A stretch of DNA of 64,000 nt from an uncultured Candidatus Saccharibacteria bacterium (GCA_964425625.1 CAYRMI010000002.1:62858-126857), one strand, 5' to 3'; positions 38,442-48,137 are shown, counted from the stretch's first letter. A program made the numbers and translations. Notes: a model not told the origin generated them from the sequence alone.

Positions 38442-39305
38442 TCATTTCTGACACTTCGGACAGTAGTGCGTTCCGCGTCCAGCGACGCGAATTTTTTTGA
38501 TAAGGGTTTGGCACTTGGGGCAGGGAGTATTTTGTTTGCCAAAGACTTGGAGATAATCACTGTAATTACCTTTTTCTCCACCGGTATCGGCAAAGTGTTG
38601 AAAAGTCGTACCCCCGACCGTGATGGATTTTTTCATTACTGCACCGCTCGCTTCTGCTATGGCGCAGGCTTCTTTCTTGGTTACCTTATCCGCGCGGCGG
38701 GTTGGTCGCACGGCAGAAGCAAAAAGGGCTTCATCCACGTAGATATTACCCAGGCCCGCGATAAAGGTCTGGTCAAGCAAAGCAGCTTTGATAGGAGTTT
38801 TTCGGCGTTTGAGTGATGAAGCGAATAGTTCAGTATCAAAACTATCCGCGATAGGTTCTTGGCCAAACCTGGCTTTGGCTCGTGCTACTTCTTCTGCTGT
38901 CGCGAGCTTAATGTAGCCAAACATCCGCATGTCATTGAAATAAAGGCTAGAGCCGTCGGTGAAGTAGAAAGCGACACGGGTGTGTTTACCCGGTAGCTCT
39001 CGAGTGTCGGCCGTGGTCATGGAGTGACCACCGCCACTGACACCCGCCTGGTCGCGAAAGAAAAACTGCCCAGTCATCTTGAGGTGAGCCAAAAGGAACA
39101 AATCGTTTTCTTTAGCCAAGTGGAAAATCAATAGCTTACCAATCCGGTCAATATCGCTAAAGCTTTTGCCTTTTAGTATTTCTGCAAACTGGTTGTTGTC
39201 AGCCACCGACTTAGACGCAAAAACTTCTACTCGCTTTAGGCGTCGATCGAGTATTTTATGTAGCAATTGCAAGCGAACGGTCTCGACTTCTGGTAATTCA
39301 GGCAT
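38442..39305 (-). CDS. mutM: Formamidopyrimidine-DNA glycosylase.
   Basis: N-terminal MPELPEVE with catalytic Pro2/Glu3, H2TH region, and the C-terminal zinc finger CPKCQ...CPKCQ. The start is at the ATG 39303-39305, downstream of the listed ORF start. Confidence 0.9.
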   Translation of the reverse strand: MPELPEVETVRLQLLHKILDRRLKRVEVFASKSVADNNQFAEILKGKSFSDIDRIGKLLIFHLAKENDLFLLAHLKMTGQFFFRDQAGVSGGGHSMTTADTRELPGKHTRVAFYFTDGSSLYFNDMRMFGYIKLATAEEVARAKARFGQEPIADSFDTELFASSLKRRKTPIKAALLDQTFIAGLGNIYVDEALFASAVRPTRRADKVTKKEACAIAEASGAVMKKSITVGGTTFQHFADTGGEKGNYSDYLQVFGKQNTPCPKCQTLIKKIRVAGRGTHYCPKCQK

Positions 39306-39514
39306 GACTCGTATTGTATGGCGAGAAGGTGAAAATGCAAACAGCTTACTAAAGAAAAGTCGAAAAGGGGTCAGGAGCATTTTATATGTTAATAGTTTAA
39401 GTTCGTGTGTCGAAGTGGCAGGTAATTTCTTTGATAATTATCTTATCGTGAGGTAGGTGGCAATCACTTCCGGAAGGAAAAATATGTTTTATATATGCTA
39501 TACTCGCACACACT

Positions 39515-39736
39515 ATGGCTCATCCGTTTGAAAAAATGTTTTCTGAGGCTCTCAAGACGAGTAATGAATTTAATAATGAAGTACTGGAAAAAGCTCAGGA
39601 CTTAGAAGAGAAGGGTTACTCCGGCGTTGAAATCGCTACGGTTTTAATGAAATACAGCAAGGCACTGATTGACCAAAATGAGGCCGGGTTGGTCAAGGAG
39701 GCTTATGAGGAATTTGCCCACTATTTAGAAGATTAA
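39515..39736 (+). CDS. Hypothetical small acidic protein, 73 aa.
   Basis: Preceded by an extended -10 TGCTATACT. No motif recognised. Confidence 0.4.
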   Translation: MAHPFEKMFSEALKTSNEFNNEVLEKAQDLEEKGYSGVEIATVLMKYSKALIDQNEAGLVKEAYEEFAHYLED

Positions 39737-39755
39737 GCTAATCCGTTTAGTGACT

Positions 39756-41024
39756 TTATTTTGCTTGAGTGGCTGCTTGGCCAGCCACAAAACCAGTACT
39801 CCAGCAAAGCTGTAGACTGTAGCCACCAGAGGGTCGGTCGATGTTTAGAATATCGCCAGTGAGATAAAGGTTAGAAAATTTGCGTGACCGCATGGTCTTG
39901 AAATCAACTTCGGTTAGATCTATACCACCTGATGTGACAATCGCCATATCGGCACCCAGTAAGCCAGAGATGTTTAATTGAAAATCTTTGAGCAAGTGTA
40001 CCAATCGGCGCCTCTCTTCTTTGGTGATGCTGTGACACTTTGTTTCCGGCCCGATGCCTGATAGTTTTATCACTACCTTGGCTAAGGTAGGAGGAAGAAA
40101 ACCAGCTAGAACATTTTTGAATAATTTATTACTATGCTCGGAAAATAGGTTGATGATAGCATCATCAAGCGAGCCAATATCTGCCTTGGGAAATAGATCT
40201 AGCGATAAGGTGACTGGTCCGTAATCGAGCAACTCACCGATCATCTTACTCATATTGAGAATGGTTGGTCCACTGACACCAACGTGGGTAAAGAGAATTC
40301 GTCCACTTTTACTAAAAGCTTTTTTGGTGCTCTGGTAGACGCTGATTTTTGTTTCTGGCCAGGTCAATCCAGCTAATTCCTTGATCCAAATATCTTTGAC
40401 TGTTAGCGGTACGAGCGAAGGGTCTGGAGCAATGACATTATGGCTAAGTAAAGAGAGCCAACGGAAGCCATCGCCAGTGGAGCCAGTCTCAGGGCGGGAT
40501 TTGCCACCGGTGGCGATGATGTATGACTCTGCCCGATAAGTGGTGCTATCGGTGAGTGTGACAGCAGTAATCTTGTCTTTACTTGATACCAAAGTCTTCA
40601 CTTCAGCGTGATTTTTTACCGCGACTTTGCTTTCTTTTAGGTAGTTAATCAGCACATCATAAACCGACCGCGCACTGTCACTGATAGGGAAGACCCGCTT
40701 ATGTTCTTCGACTTTAGTCGCAAGGCCACGGTCATGAAAAAAATTGAGAGTGTCTGCTACGTTGTGTTGAGAAAAAGTAGAAAAGAGGAACTTAGCGCTG
40801 TCTTTGTAGTGAGCTAGTAGGGTACGAGTATCGAACTCAGCGTTGGTGAGGTTGCACCGGCCCCCACCGGTAATGAGGAGCTTTTTACCCAAGCCGGCAT
40901 TTTTTTCCAGTAATAGTACCCGAGCGCCGGCCCGGCCAGCGGTGCCGGCCGCCATCATACCAGATGGTCCGCCTCCAATGACGATGACATCGTATATATT
41001 TTCTTTGTTATCGGGCTTTAGCAT
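39756..41024 (-). CDS. HI0933/BaiN-family FAD-dependent flavoprotein.
   Basis: N-terminal GxGxxG YDVIVIGGGPSGMMAA and the family-typical ITGGGRCNLTN motif. 422 aa. Confidence 0.85.
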   Translation of the reverse strand: MLKPDNKENIYDVIVIGGGPSGMMAAGTAGRAGARVLLLEKNAGLGKKLLITGGGRCNLTNAEFDTRTLLAHYKDSAKFLFSTFSQHNVADTLNFFHDRGLATKVEEHKRVFPISDSARSVYDVLINYLKESKVAVKNHAEVKTLVSSKDKITAVTLTDSTTYRAESYIIATGGKSRPETGSTGDGFRWLSLLSHNVIAPDPSLVPLTVKDIWIKELAGLTWPETKISVYQSTKKAFSKSGRILFTHVGVSGPTILNMSKMIGELLDYGPVTLSLDLFPKADIGSLDDAIINLFSEHSNKLFKNVLAGFLPPTLAKVVIKLSGIGPETKCHSITKEERRRLVHLLKDFQLNISGLLGADMAIVTSGGIDLTEVDFKTMRSRKFSNLYLTGDILNIDRPSGGYSLQLCWSTGFVAGQAATQAK

Positions 41025-41060
41025 GGACGCATCGTAGCATACCTAATCCGGTTGTGTTAG

Positions 41061-41282
41061 ATGCTATACTTTAGGCTTATGGATGAAATAATTAAAGAGA
41101 GACTAGATTTGCAAGAACAAAAGATAGACGCAATTTATTTGTCAGTAGAAAAAACCAGGAAGTATCTACTAATTATTATGTGGTCTTCAGTCCTGATGAT
41201 AATTTTACCTTTGTTGGCCGGAATGATAATCATACCGATAGTTATAAGTACCTTTTCTGGTATCTATGGCGGTTTGCTATAA
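41061..41282 (+). CDS. Small membrane protein, hypothetical.
   Basis: 73 aa with one or two TM helices. Confidence 0.3.
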   Translation: MLYFRLMDEIIKERLDLQEQKIDAIYLSVEKTRKYLLIIMWSSVLMIILPLLAGMIIIPIVISTFSGIYGGLL

Positions 41283-41303
41283 ACTTCACGCGCTCGAGAT
41301 TAG

Positions 41304-42086
41304 TTAAGAGACAGGACGGATTTCGATGTAGCGTTTTTTCCAGGCGTTTTGGAATTTGGTAACGCTAATATTACCGTTACCATTTGGCTCTGCTGGGTCA
41401 TTGTAATAAACTGCCTCGTTCTCAATACTAGTAACAACTACTAAGTGGGGAATGGGGTTGGTGGGTTCAAAAGTGTAATGGACCGATACCATAACCGGAC
41501 CCTCTGCAACAGCTTCTTCTAGAGTGGCAAAAGCCTCTTTCATAGTAAGATGAGCTAGGCCATGACTGGCTCCAGTTAGACCATAATTTTTGGCAAGACT
41601 TATCAAACCGGCATGTGACCAACCCGCGCTGTCTACATAAGCTCCGGCGTTGATACCTTCATTGAGTAGGGTATCGATACTGACGGCCGGTTTGTAGTAA
41701 TCGATTAGCATACCCAAGCTGGCAATACCACAGCCAACCTTCTGCCAACTAGTTTTTGAAATGTCTGTAAACTGTGAATAGAAAGGAACGGACCGAACGA
41801 TGGCAGAACTATGTGAGGTAGGAACTGCTTTAGTGGCGCTTTTATTTTTCGTGGCTTCACTTGATTCTTTCTTCTCTTCTTCATCAGCCTGTTTTTTAAT
41901 TTTAATACGGTCAAACTTTTCGTATTGTGGTAGGTCTAGTAGGGAGACGGCGGTAAGAGAAGGCAAGGGAGGGGTGATAGTTTTGGTTGCCGGCGAGGTT
42001 TTGGTTCGCGCAAAGACAGAAGAGTACGCTACCAAAGAGAGCGTACTTAATAACATAAAACCAAGAACAATTGTTTTCTGTGACAA
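41304..42086 (-). CDS. Secreted peptidase C39-like (BtrH/YvpB-like) cysteine peptidase domain protein.
   Basis: Signal peptide and a Ser/Thr/Lys-rich linker. VPFYSQFTDISKTSWQKVGCGIASLGM places the catalytic Cys in context. A later PHLVVVT...YYNDP matches the His region. Confidence 0.6.
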   Translation of the reverse strand: MSQKTIVLGFMLLSTLSLVAYSSVFARTKTSPATKTITPPLPSLTAVSLLDLPQYEKFDRIKIKKQADEEEKKESSEATKNKSATKAVPTSHSSAIVRSVPFYSQFTDISKTSWQKVGCGIASLGMLIDYYKPAVSIDTLLNEGINAGAYVDSAGWSHAGLISLAKNYGLTGASHGLAHLTMKEAFATLEEAVAEGPVMVSVHYTFEPTNPIPHLVVVTSIENEAVYYNDPAEPNGNGNISVTKFQNAWKKRYIEIRPVS

Positions 42087-42146
42087 AGTTCTCCTATTTT
42101 ACCCTAGATAGATTATTGACACAATATCTAATCCGTGGCTCTGTAG

Positions 42147-43067
42147 CTAGCTTTTCACTTCCACTCTGGTTCCTAGGTCTGTCCAGTAGTAGAGTTTTTT
42201 GGCATCATTGGGTGATAAGTTGACGCAGCCGTGTGAGTATCTAGTACCAAAGCTATCGTGCCAATAAGCACCATGAATAACCGCTCCTCCATGAGTGAAG
42301 TACAAATTCCATGGTACACCCGGTAGATCATAAACTTGCTTGTCAGTTAAGTTGGGGAGCGGTCCTTGCATGTAGCGACTGGGCGTTTTTTTGAAGACAG
42401 AAAAGGTACCATTGGGAGTGGGAGTTAGTTCTAGTCCAGTGGAGATGGGTATTTCCATATAAACTAGATCATCTTCGTAAGCTGTCAGGGTTTGCTCTGA
42501 TTTGTCTACAACTATTTTTTTAAGTGAAGTAGTAGAATATTCATCTTCCCAGATGGTCAGGTCACCTTCGTCGTAGAGTATTTCTACTAAATCTGCTGAG
42601 ACATACCAGTCACTTTTGACTCTGTCTGGGTAGCGCAACCACTCATCAAAGACAATCTGGTACCATTCGGTCTTATCCTCACGAGTTACTTTGCCACCAA
42701 CTTTGAGGATAATGCCATTGCGCAACTTAGTGGCTACGTCAAATTCCGTACCGGGACCAGTTCTTACTAAGACACACTCGCCTTCGTAGTGGGGACCACA
42801 ACTGTCAGTTATCTCGACGTATTCAAAGAGTAGGTCCTCTACTTCGAGTATTGGATCTTCGTCGACCGAAAGTTCAGGAGGGATAATAAATACTTCCTTG
42901 GCTTGCAAAAATGGTCTAGTGAAAAAGTCCAAAGTCTCGGGACTGATTGGGTCATAATCTTGTGGTTTGTTTTGCATAAGAAAACGAGACAAAATAATGG
43001 TCAGTATAACGATAACCAGCGAAAGCGTTCCGACAATAATATAGTGTCTTTTACGTGATACAGTCAT
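42147..43067 (-). CDS. L,D-transpeptidase (YkuD domain).
   Basis: N-terminal TM anchor. C-terminal HGGAVIHGAYWHDSFGTRYSHGCVNLS carries the catalytic His/Cys motif. Confidence 0.8.
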   Translation of the reverse strand: MTVSRKRHYIIVGTLSLVIVILTIILSRFLMQNKPQDYDPISPETLDFFTRPFLQAKEVFIIPPELSVDEDPILEVEDLLFEYVEITDSCGPHYEGECVLVRTGPGTEFDVATKLRNGIILKVGGKVTREDKTEWYQIVFDEWLRYPDRVKSDWYVSADLVEILYDEGDLTIWEDEYSTTSLKKIVVDKSEQTLTAYEDDLVYMEIPISTGLELTPTPNGTFSVFKKTPSRYMQGPLPNLTDKQVYDLPGVPWNLYFTHGGAVIHGAYWHDSFGTRYSHGCVNLSPNDAKKLYYWTDLGTRVEVKS

Positions 43068-43127
43068 AACATTAAGTATATGCCTATAATCTTAAATGAC
43101 TAACCAATAGGAAGACAATACTAATGG

Positions 43128-46055
43128 TCACTCCGTAAAGGCGTTTGCCGAGAAAGGTGTTAGTAGTAATTGCAGAGAGATTAGAAATGGGCGTTTTTTG
43201 GGTAATATTTTCCCTATCGGGTTGGTTGAATTCGGGACTGTCACTTGTTTGATACTTGGAGTATCGCTTAGTTTAACTGGTTCCTCTAGTAGTGAGATTA
43301 TCACGTCTCTATTATTGGATGGAAGACGGTGGTCAATATCAGTCGGGGAGCTATCTAGTCCAGTAAATTTCTTGAATTCTACCATTTCTTCAATCTGATC
43401 TATGGTTAGTGGAAAATCACTTGTCGTGCCACAATATATATCATTAATTTTCTTCTGAGTGGTGTAATAAACAACTCCAGAGTCACGTTTGAGCCCCCAA
43501 GGATACAGTACTTCACTGGCGTAAAGTTGTTGGAAATCTCGGACGGCGATTTCAGTCTGAAGATCGAAGTTTCCGGTGACGACCAAATTGCTACCGAGGT
43601 GAGCTTTTAGAAAAGCCTGCAATTTTTTTACTTCCTCTACATCATTGGCTTGACCATACTTCATGTAGGTGGTTAGGTAGGGAGTACAATAGCTGGTCAT
43701 AGCACCGAGGACAGCGGGAGTTATCTCTCCAATACTAATAGTATGAGTGGAACTTTTTGAGGTGTAGGCCTTTCCTTTGGTAACAGAATCGTAGCCAGAA
43801 AAGCCAGTTACCTCAGCCGTATTTTTGTATTCACCAAAAGTAGCGTCTTGGGCAAATTCCATAGTATAAGTGAGGGTGATACTTTCCTTAGGACGGATAG
43901 TTCCCAGGTCCCAGTACTGCTCGCTACTAGTGGTCCCATTGGCATTGGCTAGACGGTCACGAACTAGTGCTTTGTAGAGAGGTCCGCCTTTGTTGGTGAC
44001 AGTGATTGTATAGTCGACTAAGCCACCGGGATTTGCGGCCTTGACGTTGGCAGTTTTTATTACTTCTAGGTTGGGTAAAGTGGTGTGGCCACGTGATTTA
44101 CCACCACCTACTGGTTTGCCAGCAAAAATTGATAGTAATTCAGTATTGTCAGCTTCATTGGCGTCTGGTTCGAATGATGAAACTACCGCTTGGCTGATGA
44201 TTTCGTGTTTTCCTAATCCTAATTGCTCACTTACTTTGGTTCTGATACTAACTTCCTTTGTCTCATGGGGGGCAATATTACCCAAATTCCAGTTACCGTA
44301 TTTTCCTCTAGTATCATTAAGAATTTCCTCTGGGGCAGAAAGGTAAACAGATTGATTTTCAGGTAGGAAATGATTGAGTTTTACGTCGGTAGCGGTTGCA
44401 TCACCATGGTTGGTGATAGTATAAGTATATTCAACTTCTGAACCAGGTAAGATGGGGTTTTGTAATGAAGTTGCTTTACCACCAAGCCACAGGTCAGGCT
44501 GTCCGAAGGCGATGTTACCACTCCAATCGCCAAAGATATCAAATACCAACAGGGCCCAATTTTGTCCTAAAATATTGGTGTTGGCTACGTTTGTTATATT
44601 TGTGGCAGAGTAGGCGTCGCCGGTTTTTATGAGGCCATTTTCGCCGGCTTTGTTGTCGCCGGTGAGGGCGTAGACAGAAACGTTATTTTTGACATTTGCC
44701 TGGTTGTTATTGTTGATTTCATTACGGTTACTAGAAATGAAATTTTGCTGTGAATTCGTGTTGTACAGGGTTATTCCATGTTCGGTTTCGGTCCAGGCAA
44801 TGCCTTCCGGTAGGCCTAAGATGTCGCCACTCCAATCGCCATGGACGCGTAGCACCAAAAGAAAATCATTGTCACCAAATAGATTGGTGTTTACTATATT
44901 ACTGACACTACTATCCGCGTAAGTATCTCCGGTATAAATAGCCCCGCTCGTCAATTCGTTTGCTCCAGTTTCTGACTCTGTGGTGAGTACGTTTTCGATC
45001 GTAGCTGAATTAGTAGCGCTACTGTTAAAATTTTGGAGAGATGAACCATTAGCACTGAAAAGACTATTTAGTAACTCTGCTCCCGGGAGGACTATATCTT
45101 CTGTATAGTCGCCAAAATTATTGAAAGCCAATAGTAGATAGTTACTATCAGTGATATTGGTGTTGGCGATATTTAGGAGGTTAGCGACAGCATAAGCATC
45201 ACCAGTATCTATCATACCACTACCAATTTCATTAGCACCAGTTTGGGCTCTAACGATTATTTCGTTGGTAATACTAGCTTCGTTGGTCGTATTTATGTAA
45301 GTAGTTTTGCCCTCCCCAGAACAGATTGAAGGAGCACAAGCGACGGTAGATTCTGATGTTTGGGTGTCAGTGAAAACATTAAAGGCCTCTCGAAGGTCAA
45401 GAGGATTAACACCTAAAACTTCATTAAAAAATCCAATTAAACCGGTGGAATTAAAAATATTGGTATTTACTACGTTGACAATATTGGCGTAGGCAATTGC
45501 GTCGCCGGTGAGGATAACTGAACTCGTACCTGAAGCTTCATTGTCTCCGGTCTCAGCTATTACCTCTATGATGTTTGAAACAATCGCGGTGTTGGTGGTA
45601 GTAGAGATGATGGTCGGGTCAGTTATAGTTTGTGGGTTTTGAATGTCTGGAGAAAGAGTATGTGATAACTCTATTATTTCGTCACTAGGCAAATTTTCAT
45701 TGGAGGTCTCCTCGGTGGCTTTGTCTAACGAAACATCAACCACTACCTCGCTAACTCCATCTGTAGTGTCGATAGGTTCTGCTGTTGGGTTTGGTAAATT
45801 AGTAGCTTCGTTGAGGTTGATTGTTGTGTTTATTTCAGCTCCTGCTATCGCTTCACCTGTCTCTAGTACAGTGAGGGTTTCTGACGGTTCCATAACTGTG
45901 AGATTGATGGGATTTGTCACTTCTTGGTCAGTAATTATTTCTGTATTGGCTAGTATTGGAGAGAGGGGAGTTAGTAAAATGGCCATAATCACGAAAACGG
46001 CAAGAATTGTGAATGGAACACGATGGTTATGATGCTTTGTTGAGTAGTAATACAT
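43128..46055 (-). CDS. Large cell-surface protein. It has novel N-terminal ~50-aa repeats, DUF11-like repeats and a C-terminal PG_binding_1-like peptidoglycan-binding domain.
   Basis: Signal/anchor at the N-terminus. There are at least four repeats of the form ETGxNExxSGxxxTGDAxAxANxxNxxNTNI. DUF11-like segments include TITNHGDATATDVKLN and TVTNKGGPLYKALVRD. The C-terminus VEEVKKLQAFLKAHLGSNLVVTGNFDLQTEIAVRDFQ resembles PG_binding_1. Confidence 0.65.
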   Translation of the reverse strand: MYYYSTKHHNHRVPFTILAVFVIMAILLTPLSPILANTEIITDQEVTNPINLTVMEPSETLTVLETGEAIAGAEINTTINLNEATNLPNPTAEPIDTTDGVSEVVVDVSLDKATEETSNENLPSDEIIELSHTLSPDIQNPQTITDPTIISTTTNTAIVSNIIEVIAETGDNEASGTSSVILTGDAIAYANIVNVVNTNIFNSTGLIGFFNEVLGVNPLDLREAFNVFTDTQTSESTVACAPSICSGEGKTTYINTTNEASITNEIIVRAQTGANEIGSGMIDTGDAYAVANLLNIANTNITDSNYLLLAFNNFGDYTEDIVLPGAELLNSLFSANGSSLQNFNSSATNSATIENVLTTESETGANELTSGAIYTGDTYADSSVSNIVNTNLFGDNDFLLVLRVHGDWSGDILGLPEGIAWTETEHGITLYNTNSQQNFISSNRNEINNNNQANVKNNVSVYALTGDNKAGENGLIKTGDAYSATNITNVANTNILGQNWALLVFDIFGDWSGNIAFGQPDLWLGGKATSLQNPILPGSEVEYTYTITNHGDATATDVKLNHFLPENQSVYLSAPEEILNDTRGKYGNWNLGNIAPHETKEVSIRTKVSEQLGLGKHEIISQAVVSSFEPDANEADNTELLSIFAGKPVGGGKSRGHTTLPNLEVIKTANVKAANPGGLVDYTITVTNKGGPLYKALVRDRLANANGTTSSEQYWDLGTIRPKESITLTYTMEFAQDATFGEYKNTAEVTGFSGYDSVTKGKAYTSKSSTHTISIGEITPAVLGAMTSYCTPYLTTYMKYGQANDVEEVKKLQAFLKAHLGSNLVVTGNFDLQTEIAVRDFQQLYASEVLYPWGLKRDSGVVYYTTQKKINDIYCGTTSDFPLTIDQIEEMVEFKKFTGLDSSPTDIDHRLPSNNRDVIISLLEEPVKLSDTPSIKQVTVPNSTNPIGKILPKKRPFLISLQLLLTPFSANAFTE

Positions 46056-46410
46056 AATATTGGATTAGAACATTAAGCCTCTCAATCATCAGGAGTAGCT
46101 CGGCATTAGATTTTTGTGAAAGAGAAGTAGTGCCAACTGTCTGTGAGCGAGTATTTTCTTCTATCTTGGTGATTACTTGTAAGGTATTGGTACCAGAAGT
46201 TTCATAGTGACTATTTTCTTTTACCACTCCATCAATAATCGTTTTGGTGGTGATATTGGCTAAACCACTACTGTCACTTGATACAGATACGGAATTATAG
46301 ATGGCTGTTTCTTTGGCCGTAACTAATCTTGGTGCCAAAAAATAAACCATTAATAACACTAGTAGTAAAAAGATGATTAATTTTTTGCTATTTATAGTTA
46401 GGTTAATCAT
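46027..46410 (-). CDS. Small secreted protein sharing a degenerate copy of the neighbouring repeat.
   Basis: Signal peptide. NSVSVSSDSSGLANITTKTIIDGV...ETSGTNTLQV resembles the repeat N-terminal half. Confidence 0.45.
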   Translation of the reverse strand: MINLTINSKKLIIFLLLVLLMVYFLAPRLVTAKETAIYNSVSVSSDSSGLANITTKTIIDGVVKENSHYETSGTNTLQVITKIEENTRSQTVGTTSLSQKSNAELLLMIERLNVLIQYYVLLLNKAS

Positions 46411-46508
46411 ATGTCACTTTGGATTACCTTCTGGTAAGGCTTCAAGAAAATACTTAAGGCCTTACATGAAGGGGGGATTTTGGATAAATCCCCAGCCTTC
46501 AAAAAGAA

Positions 46509-47306
46509 CTAGCGAACAATTCGAGTAACGGTTCGGTTTACCACATTTACTACTTCACTACCTGAAGTAGTATTCCCTGTGTAGATTTCTCCACCTACAC
46601 CACCATTACCACCATTTCCGCCATTACCTCCCTGATTGGTATCGTTAGCTGGTGTCCAGAATGAGAAGTAATACGGCATCATCATGCGTGGTGTATGGCG
46701 ACCGTCTCTCTCTTCTGCCTCGCCACCGTTTCCACCCTCTTCACCGTCACCGCCATCAGCTTCATTGCCACCAGTCATCGCTTCAGTCTCTACTTCATTC
46801 ATGATAGTGGCACTGTTCTCTAGGCGAACTCGGATATCATTGTCATCACCAGCGGTAGTTCTTCTAGTGAACATGTCCATAAATGAAGGTCGAGCATCTT
46901 CTTCGCAACCACAAGAGTCAGTGATATGAGTTCTGACCGTGTTGACGGTATTTGTCACAGAAGATAGAGCTACAGCATCCCCAGTGTCGATTAGACCACC
47001 CAAGGCGCCATTTCCGCCATTACCACCATTACCTCCGGTGTTGTCGCCGGTGCCTTCGGCTTCGCCACCATTTCCACCTTCCTCACCATCACCACCAGTG
47101 GCCTCATTGCCTCCAGTCTTAGCCTCAGTCTCTACCACGTTTGTGACGGTGGCAGAGTTTGAAACAGAAACCCTAATGTCATTATCGTCACCAGCAGATC
47201 GAGGTGACCAATAGGCTGAAGCTGGCATAGCCAAAGCTAGGGAAGCGATGATGGCTAATAAAGCAGTTGCAAAAGCAACTAGACCAGACTGTGTTTTTGT
47301 ATACAT
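46509..47306 (-). CDS. Secreted Gly/Asn-rich repeat protein, paralogous to the repeat region of the large surface protein.
   Basis: Signal peptide. It has two copies of AGDDNDIRV..NSAT..N.VETEA.TGGNEA.GGDGEEGGNGGEAE, one TGDAVALSSVTNTVNT segment, and several GGNGGNGGNGG runs. Confidence 0.6.
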   Translation of the reverse strand: MYTKTQSGLVAFATALLAIIASLALAMPASAYWSPRSAGDDNDIRVSVSNSATVTNVVETEAKTGGNEATGGDGEEGGNGGEAEGTGDNTGGNGGNGGNGALGGLIDTGDAVALSSVTNTVNTVRTHITDSCGCEEDARPSFMDMFTRRTTAGDDNDIRVRLENSATIMNEVETEAMTGGNEADGGDGEEGGNGGEAEERDGRHTPRMMMPYYFSFWTPANDTNQGGNGGNGGNGGVGGEIYTGNTTSGSEVVNVVNRTVTRIVR

Positions 47307-47697
47307 AAGATTAGTAAGTCAAATTAATAAACTAATAAGTTAATAAATAATTTTGATACTAGTAAATGCTCCCTCTAAATTGAGGTCACATAACCATGTC
47401 TCGTGGACTAGGCTACTTTATTAAGTCCACATAGAAGTTGGCGAAATTTGATTCTTCAACTTATATGTAAATTTGATAGAAGAAGTCGAGTAAGGATAAT
47501 TATTTATAAATATTTTAGGATCGGAGAAACAAAAAACTCCGCCGTTTAAAGCGCCAGTGAGTTAGTATTTGATATTTAGTTATAAGAGAGACACACAACA
47601 TAAAGTTCCTATGTTTGGTCTCCCCGTCCAAACATTACAGATATATTAATTTTATACCTCGTATCTATGGTGTCAATAAATTTTGTATAATCGAACA

Positions 47698-47830
47698 CAC
47701 CAAGGTACGTCAGGTCAATAGCAAAGAGAAAAATAGTCAGCAAAAAACGCTTTGTTTTAGGTCGGCTGTATCGGGGAAACACTGCCATTAATGGCAGTGG
47801 TGATAAACCGACCTAAAACAAAGTAATTTT
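47698..47830 (+). ncRNA. Candidate small RNA ending in a nested perfect hairpin terminator.
   Basis: Extended -10 TGTATAAT at 47684-47691. About 130 nt downstream, a 15-bp outer stem TTTGTTTTAGGTCGG/CCGACCTAAAACAAA encloses the perfect inner palindrome CACTGCCATTAATGGCAGTG, followed by GTAATTTTT. No ORF lies on either strand. Confidence 0.25.
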
Positions 47831-47924
47831 TAGACAAAGAAAGGCAGGTCAAGAATGACCTGCTGGTTAACTACGCTAATTTATATAGGTATATCAAAAA
47901 AAACGCAAGTAAGTTAAGAGTGGG

Positions 47925-48089
47925 TTAACGGGTCAGCTTAAAACCAATCCAAATTCCTATCAGGGCGCCAATGGCATTACCAAAGATGGTAGCAAAAGAA
48001 AAACCAGCGCTATCCCAAAGCATCGGTATATAACCACCAACAAATCCTCCTACTACCATCATTATCCAGATTGTTCGCTTAGAATCCAT
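47925..48089 (-). CDS. Small Gly-zipper membrane protein (54 aa, GlsB/YeaQ/YmgE-like).
   Basis: Translated by hand as MDSKRTIWIMMVVGGFVGGYIPMLWDSAGFSFATIFGNAIGALIGIWIGFKLTR. It falls below the 60-aa ORF-track cutoff. ATG at 48087-48089, stop at 47925-47927. Confidence 0.4.
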   Translation of the reverse strand: MDSKRTIWIMMVVGGFVGGYIPMLWDSAGFSFATIFGNAIGALIGIWIGFKLTR

Positions 48090-48137
48090 GTGTCTATTAT
48101 ACACCCAAGTTTAGACTGGGTTTGCTAGAATGGAGTC

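Noticed and set aside
46684-47214. Two Pro/Ser-rich plus-strand ORFs (81 and 91 aa).
   Set aside because: They are the antisense reading of the GGN/GGNGG-repeat gene 46509-47306, since the complement of the glycine codons gives Pro/Ser runs.
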